Source: an uncultured Rhizobiaceae bacterium (lineage in GTDB: Bacteria; Pseudomonadota; Alphaproteobacteria; UBA828). Taken from it: a stretch of DNA of 62,817 nt. Below the pieces are notes generated by a model. That model did not search any database. It was not told where the DNA came from and was given only the letters and a program-made list of their open reading frames with translations. Location: assembly GCA_964413115.1 (NCBI GenBank), contig CAYPSQ010000001.1, positions 36,827-99,643 on the forward strand, written 5' to 3'. A program made the position numbers and the translations under genes. This document shows, in pieces, positions 49,385 through 58,641 of the stretch (position 1 is its first letter; each line of letters opens with the position of its first letter).

Positions 49385-50647
49385 TCAGAGCTGCCATCTT
49401 TGCAGTCCCGGCGGGAGTGTCAGATTCCGCCACATACCGGCGACATCAGCGAGCAATCCGCCGTCATGTAGAAGGCCGGCGATGCGTGGCGCATTTAAAA
49501 GGCTGTAATCGTCGTGCGCGACGGCACCAACGACACAATCATAACTCTCTGCGTTGGAGAGGTCCGCCAGGAGTTTGATGCCGTATATCTCCTGGGCTTC
49601 ACCAGGATCGGCATGAGGGTCGTGCACTTCGACGGAATGACCTTTCACCCGCAGCATATGGACCACTCTGGCTACCAGAGAATTGCGCAGATCCGGTACA
49701 TTTTTTTTGAAGGTTAGGCCGAGCACTAGAATATTGGAACCTGTGAGGGGCAGCCGACTTGCGATTTGGCTGCTTACGAATTCGGCCATGCCGTCGTTGA
49801 TTTCTCGACCAGCGAGAATCACTTTTGGCGGGTGGCCGACTTGCTTGGCCCGATGGGCGAGATAGTAGGGGTCAACGCCGATACAATGACCGCCGACAAG
49901 GCCTGGGGTGAAATTGAGAAAATTCCACTTGGTGGCGGCCGCCTCTAGGACATCGGCGCTTGAAATACGGAGCTTGTGGCATATTTGCGCGACTTCGTTG
50001 ACGAAAGCAATGTTGATATCGCGTTGGGCATTTTCGATCACTTTAGCCGCCTCGGCGGTGCGAATATTTGGTGCGATATGTATATTGCCGCCATTAATTG
50101 ATCCATATAGCGCCGCGATCCGCTGGGTGGTTTCCGGCGAATCCCCAGCGATAATTTTTGTGATGCTGTGAAGGGTGTGCTGGTTGTCACCGGGATTGAT
50201 GCGTTCGGGCGAATAGCCTAGGTGAAAATCTGAGCCGCGTACGAGCCCCGATGAGCGCTCCAGTTCAGGGGCACAAATATCCTCGGTTAGGCCGGGCCAA
50301 ACGGTGCTTTCGTAGATTACGATGGCGCCCGACTGAAGCTCCCGGCCGACGCATTCTGAGGCGGCCACGATGGCGGTCAAGTCAGGTTTTTTATTTTCAT
50401 CCACCGGGGTGGGCACCGTGACAATGAAAAATTCTACGCCCCGGATGGCGGTGGAATTTGAATGCCATTTGGCACGCCCTCGATTGAGGATTTCAGGCGA
50501 AACTTCGCCAGTGCGGTCATGTCCGTTGTTCAATTCGTGAATACGTTTACTATCAATATCAAAACCGATGACGTCATGTTTCTCTGCCAAAGCAACCGCG
50601 AGCGGCAAGCCAACATATCCGAGGCCAATGACGGCGATGGTGCTCAT
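49385..50647 (-). CDS. nucleotide-sugar 6-dehydrogenase, TviB/WbpO/CapL-like (UDP-N-acetylhexosamine type)
   Basis: MSTIAVIGLGYVGLPLAVALAEKHDVIGFDIDSKRIHELNNGHDRTGEV... and the catalytic-Cys region ...PGLVGGHCIGVDPYY.... I prefer ATG 50647 over the track start 50716. Confidence 0.85.
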   Translation of the reverse strand: MSTIAVIGLGYVGLPLAVALAEKHDVIGFDIDSKRIHELNNGHDRTGEVSPEILNRGRAKWHSNSTAIRGVEFFIVTVPTPVDENKKPDLTAIVAASECVGRELQSGAIVIYESTVWPGLTEDICAPELERSSGLVRGSDFHLGYSPERINPGDNQHTLHSITKIIAGDSPETTQRIAALYGSINGGNIHIAPNIRTAEAAKVIENAQRDINIAFVNEVAQICHKLRISSADVLEAAATKWNFLNFTPGLVGGHCIGVDPYYLAHRAKQVGHPPKVILAGREINDGMAEFVSSQIASRLPLTGSNILVLGLTFKKNVPDLRNSLVARVVHMLRVKGHSVEVHDPHADPGEAQEIYGIKLLADLSNAESYDCVVGAVAHDDYSLLNAPRIAGLLHDGGLLADVAGMWRNLTLPPGLQRWQL

Positions 50648-50886
50648 ATGCGGCTCACGATAATATTCTCCGAAGCGTAAAGCTTGAATATTCACAGAGG
50701 CAGGACGGGTGCTCACGAGCTATTCGCGCGAATTTGGCCCGTTGTCAATAAATCTAGGGGCTACCTGTCCGTCGGACTGGATTTTACTCGGCAAGTATGT
50801 TGATTTCCCCTAGCGCATGGCGTGACGTCGGGACTATGCGCACGCTGCGTCATGTCGCTCACATGAGCCCGTGTTTCAACTGAGAA

Positions 50887-51870
50887 ATGATGACCATTTT
50901 CGTCACCGGCGCCGCCGGATTTATTGGATATCACATGTGCGAAGCACTTCTCGCACGCGGCGACAGTGTGTTCGGCATAGATAATCTGAACGATTACTAC
51001 GATGTCGCGCTCAAAAAGGCTCGGCTCGCTCGGCTGCAACAGCATGGCGGCTTCAAATTCGCTGTGGCGGATATATGCGATGTTGGCGTTCTAAATCATG
51101 CGGTGGCTGACGCTGGCGAAGTGCGTGCGGTGCTGCATTTGGCCGCCCAAGCGGGGGTGCGCTACTCGCTCATCAATCCCTCTGCTTATGTGAATACAAA
51201 TATTGTCGGTCAGCTCAATATACTTGAGGTGTGCCGACAGCTGCCGGACTTGGAGCATATGGTCTATGCTAGTTCGAGTTCTGTTTATGGCGGTAGCAGC
51301 GCGCTGCCGTTCTCGGAATCGGATCCTGTGAATGTACCGGTATCGCTTTACGCGGCGAGCAAGAAGGCAGATGAACTGATGGGGAACGTTTATGCCCATC
51401 TCTACCGAATTCCCATGACGGGCTTACGCTTTTTCACCGTGTACGGGCCTTGGGGGCGGCCGGATATGGCCGCCTTTATATTTACGCGTGCAATATTTTT
51501 GGGTGAGCCAATAAAAATATTTAACAATGGCGATATGCGGCGTGATTTTACCTATGTCGACGATGTGGTGGAGGGGGTTCTTGCCGTATTGGATGCGCCG
51601 CCCTCCGGTGCTAGCGAAGCAGCACCACATCGTATTTATAACATTGGAAACAACCGCTCGGAACCCCTTCTACGCTATGTCGAGCTCTTAGAAAAAGCGA
51701 TTGGCCGGCCCGCCGAAAAAGAACTTGCCCCGATGCAACCCGGAGATGTGAAGGAAACCTATGCCGATATAGAGACAATTAGGCGTGACCACGGATTCGA
51801 GCCAAAAACCAGTATTGACGAGGGAATTCCTCGCTTTGTCGCCTGGTACCGGGACTATCACGGAGTATGA
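50887..51870 (+). CDS. NAD-dependent epimerase, UDP-glucuronate 4-epimerase-like
   Basis: 327 aa with MMTIFVTGAAGFIGYHMCEALLARGDSVFGIDNLNDYYDVALKKARL..., ...SSSSVYG... and ...YAASKKADE... (YxxxK). Confidence 0.85.
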   Translation: MMTIFVTGAAGFIGYHMCEALLARGDSVFGIDNLNDYYDVALKKARLARLQQHGGFKFAVADICDVGVLNHAVADAGEVRAVLHLAAQAGVRYSLINPSAYVNTNIVGQLNILEVCRQLPDLEHMVYASSSSVYGGSSALPFSESDPVNVPVSLYAASKKADELMGNVYAHLYRIPMTGLRFFTVYGPWGRPDMAAFIFTRAIFLGEPIKIFNNGDMRRDFTYVDDVVEGVLAVLDAPPSGASEAAPHRIYNIGNNRSEPLLRYVELLEKAIGRPAEKELAPMQPGDVKETYADIETIRRDHGFEPKTSIDEGIPRFVAWYRDYHGV

Positions 51871-52154
51871 TCAAGCTTAGATTTGGCTAGAAATTTCGTC
51901 GAGTGCTGTCCTGCGATTATAAAATTACCGTTCAGCGCTACGAACTCGGCACCATGTGACGGAGTGACAAGGCTGTTCCTTCTCACCCTTTTCCCTCCAG
52001 AAATGGCGTTGATGGGATCTTGCTGCATGTAGACGATGGTTCCGCATGGATCAAAAAACTATCACGTTGACTTCGCGGGCAGGTATTCCTTTTTTCCAAA
52101 TCTGAAGACTTCTCAGTGTCGTGCGGTCGCTGCTCAAATTTTGCCCGAATTTGG

Positions 52155-52919
52155 TTACCCCTGGTTATCCCAGAGCACGATGGGGTAATCGAGATACCAG
52201 GACGCGCGCACGTACCACGCGCCAACAGTTTCCTTCGGCGCGAGTCCTGCGAGCGTGGGGTAGAGGCCTGAATGGCCCATTTCGACAGTGGCGTTGCCTT
52301 TGTGTATTTCGTGTACTGTGTAATCGAGAGTCGGAATATCGAGCAATTGCTTGATCGGCTTGCCGTCCTTTGCAGGCGCCGGAAATTTCCGTACCTGAAG
52401 GAACTTGCCGTCCAGTAGCGCGCCAAATTTATTTTCCAGGGGCTCCGGGCGCCCCATATGGGCGACACTGGTGGCGTTGAAACTGACGCGCATCAACTGT
52501 TCGCCGCCGCGCGTGCAGGCCCCGGTTATCTGGCTGCCATGGAAGGCGAGCTTCGCGTCATCGCACATATTTGCCGGCCACCCGTATATTTCTCGCTCGA
52601 ACAACAACGCCATATCATGCGCAACCCAAATGAAATTGACGTACCAACCGATGGTGTCGCCATAGCGGACCTTTATCGCTGTGAGGCATTCTCGGTAGAG
52701 GTCAAGCGTGTGACTGGGTTGGCACATATCACCGACCCAGGCGAGCATGGTGCCGTCGCCGAAAGGCTCCAATGGTTCCGGCACTTCCCAAGCAACGGCA
52801 TCCGGGTCGCCGCGATACAGAACGAGTAGAATCTGACTTCGCTCGGTGGACTCAAATGGCGGCGGCGTGAAGGTTGGCGCCGACAGCGGCATGGCGTAAC
52901 CTTCTTCATGTTCTTTCAT
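52155..52919 (-). CDS. acetoacetate decarboxylase (ADC) fold family protein, paralogue 1
   Basis: 254 aa that aligns by eye along Clostridium acetobutylicum Adc. ...AVAWEVPEPLEPF... matches ALRKVVPEPLEID, ...YRECLTAIKV... matches YTESGQAIPV, and ...EREIYGWPANMC... matches GRELSAYPKKLG. Confidence 0.7.
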   Translation of the reverse strand: MKEHEEGYAMPLSAPTFTPPPFESTERSQILLVLYRGDPDAVAWEVPEPLEPFGDGTMLAWVGDMCQPSHTLDLYRECLTAIKVRYGDTIGWYVNFIWVAHDMALLFEREIYGWPANMCDDAKLAFHGSQITGACTRGGEQLMRVSFNATSVAHMGRPEPLENKFGALLDGKFLQVRKFPAPAKDGKPIKQLLDIPTLDYTVHEIHKGNATVEMGHSGLYPTLAGLAPKETVGAWYVRASWYLDYPIVLWDNQG

Positions 52920-53029
52920 AACCCTTGTACTCCTCTCATGATGATTTCACACTGTAGCTAGTAGCCTAGCGGGCTTCCCTATGGGCCGCTACTAGGATTT
53001 AGATCGATGACAACAGCTTGGAAGAATAA

Positions 53030-53710
53030 ATGAACACGCCATCTAGCGATTATCTCCCCTACCCTTTGCCGCCGTGGGAGCATGATTTCCGTACTCTCGC
53101 GGTGCACTGCAAGGTCGACAAAGCTAGCCTCCGCCCGTTTATACCGGCGCCTCTGGAGCTGATTTCGGACCGTATTCAGGTCGCGGTGATGCGTTTCGAT
53201 TGCCAAGTGCCGGAGCGGCTCTATTACGATGCCGCCGTAATTGCCATGGTGCGCTACAAGGATGTGACGGGCGGCTTCTGGCCATTCGCTTACAATAGCA
53301 CTGATCAAGCCATGTCGGGGACGCGAGAGATCTGGGGTTACAATATGAAACTCGCCGAAATGGAGATCACCGAGGGCGCGGCGCGTCTTAAGGCAACCAC
53401 CCGCCGGCTGGGCAAGACAATCATTTCTGTCTCCATGAATCCGACAGGAAATGAGTTTGAGACGCTTGATATGTTTCCGCGCCTGTTTCTCAAGCTTACA
53501 CCGGCTGCGGATAGTACGGAGGGGGTGCGCCGCTCAGTCATTAGAATGGATACGCGACCTGAAGTTCAGAGTCACGTGACCGGGACTGGAGAAGTTTCAT
53601 TCGAACAATCCCCGCATGATCTATTGCACGAACTGAAGGTCATCAAAGTATTTGGCGCCAGTTTTACGACAGGGCATCAAATATTGCCGTGGGGCCAAGC
53701 GCTCGACTAG
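53030..53710 (+). CDS. acetoacetate decarboxylase (ADC) fold family protein, paralogue 2
   Basis: 226 aa. ...LRPFIPAPLELIS... and ...GTREIWGYNMKLAEM... (vs GRELSAYPKKLG) match Adc, and the overall length fits the family. It is divergent from paralogue 1. Confidence 0.65.
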   Translation: MNTPSSDYLPYPLPPWEHDFRTLAVHCKVDKASLRPFIPAPLELISDRIQVAVMRFDCQVPERLYYDAAVIAMVRYKDVTGGFWPFAYNSTDQAMSGTREIWGYNMKLAEMEITEGAARLKATTRRLGKTIISVSMNPTGNEFETLDMFPRLFLKLTPAADSTEGVRRSVIRMDTRPEVQSHVTGTGEVSFEQSPHDLLHELKVIKVFGASFTTGHQILPWGQALD

Positions 53711-53731
53711 GAAACCTGAATTGGCGACAAC

Positions 53732-55486
53732 TCAGTCATGTGCCGTGCCCTGCTTTGCGCGCAGCTCTCGGCTTGATTCGGCATCAAGGCCACCGTCAGG
53801 TGCTATTTGTACACCGTAATCGTGCTTGGCTCGTTCAATGCTCACCAACCCGTCGCGCACATCTTCCAGCACGCGATCTGGGTTACGCCTGAAGGGGTTG
53901 CCATAGCCGGCACCGCCGGGAAGCGTCAACTGTAAACGGTCGTGCGGCGGAACGCTCTGCTGGCCCTTGGAACGAAGTGAGCTCCCTGAGGCCAGTCCGA
54001 CTTTTCCTGCGGCGCCATTGCCGCCGCCCTCTCTCCCGCGTGCGGGATTGTCCACGCGCTCGAACTGCGCCAGCACGCTGAATGGCACGCCGTTAGCACC
54101 GCCGATCTCCATCTTTTGCCCAAGTCCGCCGCGTTCTGCCCCAGCGCCGCCAGAATCCCCCGCCATCTCCTTGCGCCAGACAATAATCGGCGCAACCGTT
54201 TCGGTCGCCTCTACCGGCATAGTGCGCACGCCGCTCGGAAATGCCGTGGTTGAGAGACCGTCAAGCGCTGGTCGAGCCCCGGCGCCGCCAGAGTTGAAAA
54301 GTGCGATTTCGAATGGCGGGGTCTCAATCGCAGCATTTTTCCGCGCGTCCGTGTCGAGTGCTGCGGCACTGCCGCGCAATTGAACGATCCAGAGCGAAGA
54401 CGAGCCCTCTGCCGGCACCTGGTCTGGCGCCGCTTGATGAAGACAGCCGAACACGGTATCGGGTAAAAGATGGCCGATGATGTGGCGCGATGCTACCGGC
54501 CATGGGCGAGGTGCATTCAGGATCGAACCCTCCGGAGCGCTCACCGTAATGGTCGACAGCGAGCCGGCATTATTGGGAACCTCTTTGGCGACAATGCATT
54601 TCACTCCGAAGCTTGTATAGGCGATGGTATAGTTGAGCACGACATTGATGCCATAATTGCTCACCGGTGAAGAGCCGGTAAAATCCACGTGCACGCCGTC
54701 TTCGCTGATCGTCATGGCGGCGAGCAACTCGATGGGCTCGTTATACCCGTCCATGGTGAGGCGGTTGTGATAGGTACCGGCGGGTAGTTTGCGGATACCA
54801 GCAAGCGCAGCGTCACGCGAGCGTGTAAGAATATCTTCAGCAAGGTCGTCCAGCGTCTCCAACGAAAACTCGGCCATCATATCGAGGAGCCTGCGGGCGC
54901 CCTCCTGATTGCAGGAGATGAGCGAGAGAATATCGCCCTCCACCTGGAGCGGCTCGCGAACATTCCAGCGCACCATCTCCATCAGGTCTGCGTTGATCAC
55001 CCCCGCGCGTACCAACGGCATGATGGGGATATATAGCCCTTCTTCGAACACTGCGCGCCCGTCGGGGCCGAAGCCGCGCCCGCCAATGTCGACCACATGG
55101 GCGGTGCTGGCGAAAGAGCCGACTGGCCGCCCATCTTTGAACACCGGTGTCACCACCGTCAGATCATGCAAATGGCCGCACGTCAGCCACGGATCGTTGG
55201 TGATATAGGCATCGCCCTCATGCATTTCAGCCATTGGATATTTGTCGAGGAAATGTTTGACCGCGATAGCCATGGAATTGACATGGCCAGGCGTACCTGT
55301 GACGGCCTGGGCAAGCATCCGCCCCTCGACATCAAAAACGCCGGCAGAAAGATCACCTGCCTCGCGCACCGTGGTGCTGAACGCGGTGCGCAACAGCGTC
55401 TGAGCTTGCTCCTCGACGACCGAAATCAGTCGGTTCCACATAATTTGGCTCTGGATGCGCTTGAGCGCGCCGGCTTCCCCGCTCAT
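53732..55486 (-). CDS. hyuB: hydantoinase B/oxoprolinase family protein (HyuB-type subunit)
   Basis: 584 aa with ...IMWNRLISVVEEQAQTLLRTAFSTTVREAGDLSAGVFD... and ...DPWLTCGHLHDLTVVTPVF.... The start overlaps the hyuA stop (ATGA). Confidence 0.88.
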   Translation of the reverse strand: MSGEAGALKRIQSQIMWNRLISVVEEQAQTLLRTAFSTTVREAGDLSAGVFDVEGRMLAQAVTGTPGHVNSMAIAVKHFLDKYPMAEMHEGDAYITNDPWLTCGHLHDLTVVTPVFKDGRPVGSFASTAHVVDIGGRGFGPDGRAVFEEGLYIPIMPLVRAGVINADLMEMVRWNVREPLQVEGDILSLISCNQEGARRLLDMMAEFSLETLDDLAEDILTRSRDAALAGIRKLPAGTYHNRLTMDGYNEPIELLAAMTISEDGVHVDFTGSSPVSNYGINVVLNYTIAYTSFGVKCIVAKEVPNNAGSLSTITVSAPEGSILNAPRPWPVASRHIIGHLLPDTVFGCLHQAAPDQVPAEGSSSLWIVQLRGSAAALDTDARKNAAIETPPFEIALFNSGGAGARPALDGLSTTAFPSGVRTMPVEATETVAPIIVWRKEMAGDSGGAGAERGGLGQKMEIGGANGVPFSVLAQFERVDNPARGREGGGNGAAGKVGLASGSSLRSKGQQSVPPHDRLQLTLPGGAGYGNPFRRNPDRVLEDVRDGLVSIERAKHDYGVQIAPDGGLDAESSRELRAKQGTAHD

Positions 55487-57624
55487 GACGACAGTTCCCC
55501 GTTTTTCCGTTCCAGTACAATATATCCTTGTGCATTCATCGTGGCGTCGAATGTCGGGCTGACAACAGTTGAAGTGTCATCCTCGACAATAATGGCAGGC
55601 CCATTCACTCGGCTGCCGGGCTTCAGGTTGCAGCGCCGGTAAGCGAGCGCCTCGACATATTGGCCAGTATTGGCGTCGAGCAATCGGCGGCTGGCATAGG
55701 GCTCAGGCACGGGGCCTTCTTTCACCGTACCGACCGGCGCTGGCGGGTTGATGACCGCGCTGACTTCAATCGCCCAGCTAACGAGCTCGAGGTCGAGATT
55801 AGCTATGATGCGACCATATGTTTTTTCATAGGCCGTTTCGAACGCTTGGCGGATGAATGTTGCGTCGTCGGATTTCCAGTCGCGCGACGGCAACTCCACC
55901 GCCACCTCATGGCCTTGGCCGAGATAGCGCATAAAAGCGGTTCGCTTCTCTGTAGTGTCGGCGCCGGGAGCACCACGACGCACCACTTCTAACGCCTCGG
56001 ATTGCATAGTGGCGAGCACTTCATTTGCTGAGTCAGCGTTGAAACAACTGATTTTCTGGTAGGCACTCCGCACCACCTGATAGGCTACCGGCGCGCGAAG
56101 AAACCCGACAGCCGAACCCACCGCCGCGTTGGTAGGAATGAGCACTCGATCAATATCAAGCTTTTCCGCCAGGCGCGCGGCATGCAGAGGTGCGGCGCCA
56201 CCAAAGGCGATCATTGTGCGCCCAGAGAGCGAGGCGCCGATCTCAATGGCATGCACGCGTGCCGCGCTTGCCATATTTTCGTCCACCATCTCACTGATGC
56301 CCAACGCCGCCATGTCGGGTGCGAGCGACAAGGCCTTACCGACATCGCGCGTCAGTGCGGCGTCGGCTAATTTGGCGTCAAGGGTGAGGCGGCCGCCTGC
56401 AAAGGCCTCTGGGTCAATTCGCCCGAGAGCTACATCAGCATCGGTCACGGCGGGGGCTTCGCCGCCGCGGCTGTAGCACGCCGGGCCGGGCTCTGCGCCC
56501 GCACTTTCTGGGCCGACCGTTATACGCCCAAGGGCATCTATATGTGCCAGCGAGCCGCCACCCGCGCCGATTTCCACCATCTGGATTACGGGGATACGGA
56601 GCGGTAGTCCGCTTCCTTTTAAAAATCGGTGTGCCCGCGCGACCTCGAAGGAGCGCTCGGCATGTGGCTTTGAATCATTGATGACACAAATTTTGGCCGT
56701 TGTGCCGCCCATGTCGAAAGAAAGCACTTGCGACAAGCCGCATTCCGCAGCGGTGTAGCTGGAAAAGATAGCGCCGCCGACCGGTCCCGATTCGACAAGG
56801 CGGATGGGAAAACGGATGCCGGTTTCGATGTCCGCCACGCCGCCGCCTGAAAGCATGACGAAAAGCGGGCAGCCAAAGCCTTGATTCTCCAGTCCGGATT
56901 CCAGACGGCGCAGATATCGTGCCATGATCGGCTGCACATAGGCGTTGGCGCAGGCTGTCGAAAAGCGCTCATATTCGCGCATTTCCGGCGCCACGTCGCT
57001 CGAGAGGGTGAAGGTCACATCTGGAAGGGCCGCCGAAAGTATTTCGTGTGCGCGGCGTTCGTGCACCGGATTGACGTAACTATGCAAAAAGCCGATAGCG
57101 ACACTCTCGACTTGAAGCGTCTTGAGCGGCTCCACTAACGCTGCGACGGCCGGCTCGTCGAGCGCCAATATAACCTCGCCGTTAGCGTTCAGGCGCTCGG
57201 AGACGACGAAGCGCCGCCGCCGGGGGACCAACGGCAGCGGCTTTTCCATGTTGATGTCATATTGCTCAAATCGGCTTTCCGACCCCATTTCCACGCTGTC
57301 TCGGAAACCTTCTGTGGTTACCAGCGCGGTGGTTACGCCTTTTCTTTCTATCAAGGCGTTAGTCGCAAGCGTTGTCCCGTGAATGATGAGGGATACCTCA
57401 TCCGGCGTGACGCCGGAATCAGCTAGCACGCTGCGGATACCCGCGGCCACGCCCTCCTCGGGTGCACGCGGTGTGGTTAAGACTTTCGCGGTATAGCGCA
57501 TCTGGCCGTTCTCCAACACCACATCGGTAAATGTGCCGCCGATATCTACTCCGATACGGGCCGTCAAATTATGTTGCCGCAGCATGCTATATTTTCCATG
57601 AATGAATCTATTGGCTGACGGCAA
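55483..57624 (-). CDS. hyuA: hydantoinase/oxoprolinase family protein (HyuA-type subunit)
   Basis: 713 aa with ...RIGVDIGGTFTDVV..., ...IIHGTTLATNALIERKG... and ...LSFDMGGTTAKI.... ATG 57585 (MLRQHNL...) is a possible alternative start. Confidence 0.88.
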   Translation of the reverse strand: MPSANRFIHGKYSMLRQHNLTARIGVDIGGTFTDVVLENGQMRYTAKVLTTPRAPEEGVAAGIRSVLADSGVTPDEVSLIIHGTTLATNALIERKGVTTALVTTEGFRDSVEMGSESRFEQYDINMEKPLPLVPRRRRFVVSERLNANGEVILALDEPAVAALVEPLKTLQVESVAIGFLHSYVNPVHERRAHEILSAALPDVTFTLSSDVAPEMREYERFSTACANAYVQPIMARYLRRLESGLENQGFGCPLFVMLSGGGVADIETGIRFPIRLVESGPVGGAIFSSYTAAECGLSQVLSFDMGGTTAKICVINDSKPHAERSFEVARAHRFLKGSGLPLRIPVIQMVEIGAGGGSLAHIDALGRITVGPESAGAEPGPACYSRGGEAPAVTDADVALGRIDPEAFAGGRLTLDAKLADAALTRDVGKALSLAPDMAALGISEMVDENMASAARVHAIEIGASLSGRTMIAFGGAAPLHAARLAEKLDIDRVLIPTNAAVGSAVGFLRAPVAYQVVRSAYQKISCFNADSANEVLATMQSEALEVVRRGAPGADTTEKRTAFMRYLGQGHEVAVELPSRDWKSDDATFIRQAFETAYEKTYGRIIANLDLELVSWAIEVSAVINPPAPVGTVKEGPVPEPYASRRLLDANTGQYVEALAYRRCNLKPGSRVNGPAIIVEDDTSTVVSPTFDATMNAQGYIVLERKNGELSS

Positions 57625-57746
57625 TATGGCTGATTAGCCCTCAAGCCGTCGAGTCGCTTTGTAGCCTGCGTGCGCTCAAAGAGAGTGCGTGCTACGACGC
57701 AAAAAATTAAACTATTCATGGAACTCAGAAAGGAATGTGGGGCGCG

Positions 57747-58490
57747 ATGAATCTAGAGAATCAGGTGGTGTTTATCACCGGCGGTGCTGGAGGACTAGGG
57801 CGCGCCATGTGCCACGAATTCGCGAGCAATGGCGCACGCATTATAATTGGCTATCGTGAAAGTGCTGCCGCTGCCGAGAGGCTGGCTGGTGAATTAATGG
57901 GTAGCGGCCATTCTGCCAAAGAGGCGCCCGTCGAAAACAGCCGCCGCCTGACTTCAGTGGCGGACAAGATAGAATCCGAATATGGCCGTCTAGATATCCT
58001 CATCAATAATGCCGGTATCACCCGCTTCGTTGCGCATGACGATCTCGACGGTCTTGGTGACGAATTGATTGATGAAATTTTCCGGACCAATTGGCGCGGC
58101 GCCTTTGCCTGCGTCCGCGCTTTCCGTTCCTTGCTCAATACAGGTGCTGGCGGATTGGTGATCAATATTTCTTCTATTGCTGGTCATACAGCTATGGGTA
58201 GTAATATCGCCTATTGTGCCTCCAAGGCGGCGATGAACACCATGACCATGTCGTTGGCTAGAGCCTTGGCACCACGTATTCGAGTAGTTTCGCTATCACC
58301 GGGTTTGGCGGAGACCGATTTCGTCACTGGTTTGGATCAGTCATGGTGGGACGAGCAGTCCCAGCGCACACCATTGCAGCGTTTAGCGAAGCCTGATGAT
58401 GTTGCCCAAGCGGCGCTCGCGATTGCCACGAGTTTAAAATTCTCAAATGGCTGTATTATTCCGGTGGATGGTGGGAGGCCACTAACGTGA
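57747..58490 (+). CDS. SDR family oxidoreductase (classical short-chain dehydrogenase)
   Basis: ...VVFITGGAGGLGRA..., ...INNAGI... and ...YCASKAA... (YxxxK). The start is either ATG 57747 or ATG 57735 (the track start). Confidence 0.85.
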   Translation: MNLENQVVFITGGAGGLGRAMCHEFASNGARIIIGYRESAAAAERLAGELMGSGHSAKEAPVENSRRLTSVADKIESEYGRLDILINNAGITRFVAHDDLDGLGDELIDEIFRTNWRGAFACVRAFRSLLNTGAGGLVINISSIAGHTAMGSNIAYCASKAAMNTMTMSLARALAPRIRVVSLSPGLAETDFVTGLDQSWWDEQSQRTPLQRLAKPDDVAQAALAIATSLKFSNGCIIPVDGGRPLT

Positions 58491-58641
58491 ATGCTTCGAA
58501 CCTGACGGAATTACAATATAAAGGACCGCATTTGGCAATTTTGACCCTGGCGCATGCGTCGTTACGCGAACTCGTTTGGCCGCGCATTGCCAGTGGAAAT
58601 ATTAAGGATTACGAAGGCGAGAGCGAGCCATAGCGCTGTAC

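Noticed and set aside
51983-52468. 161-aa minus-strand ORF spanning the epimerase/ADC gap and overlapping ADC paralogue 1 out of frame
   Set aside because: The product is Ser/Arg/Thr-rich, has no family resemblance and overlaps the ADC gene for 314 nt. The mini-ORFs I translated in the remaining 284-bp gap (51871-52154) were unconvincing.
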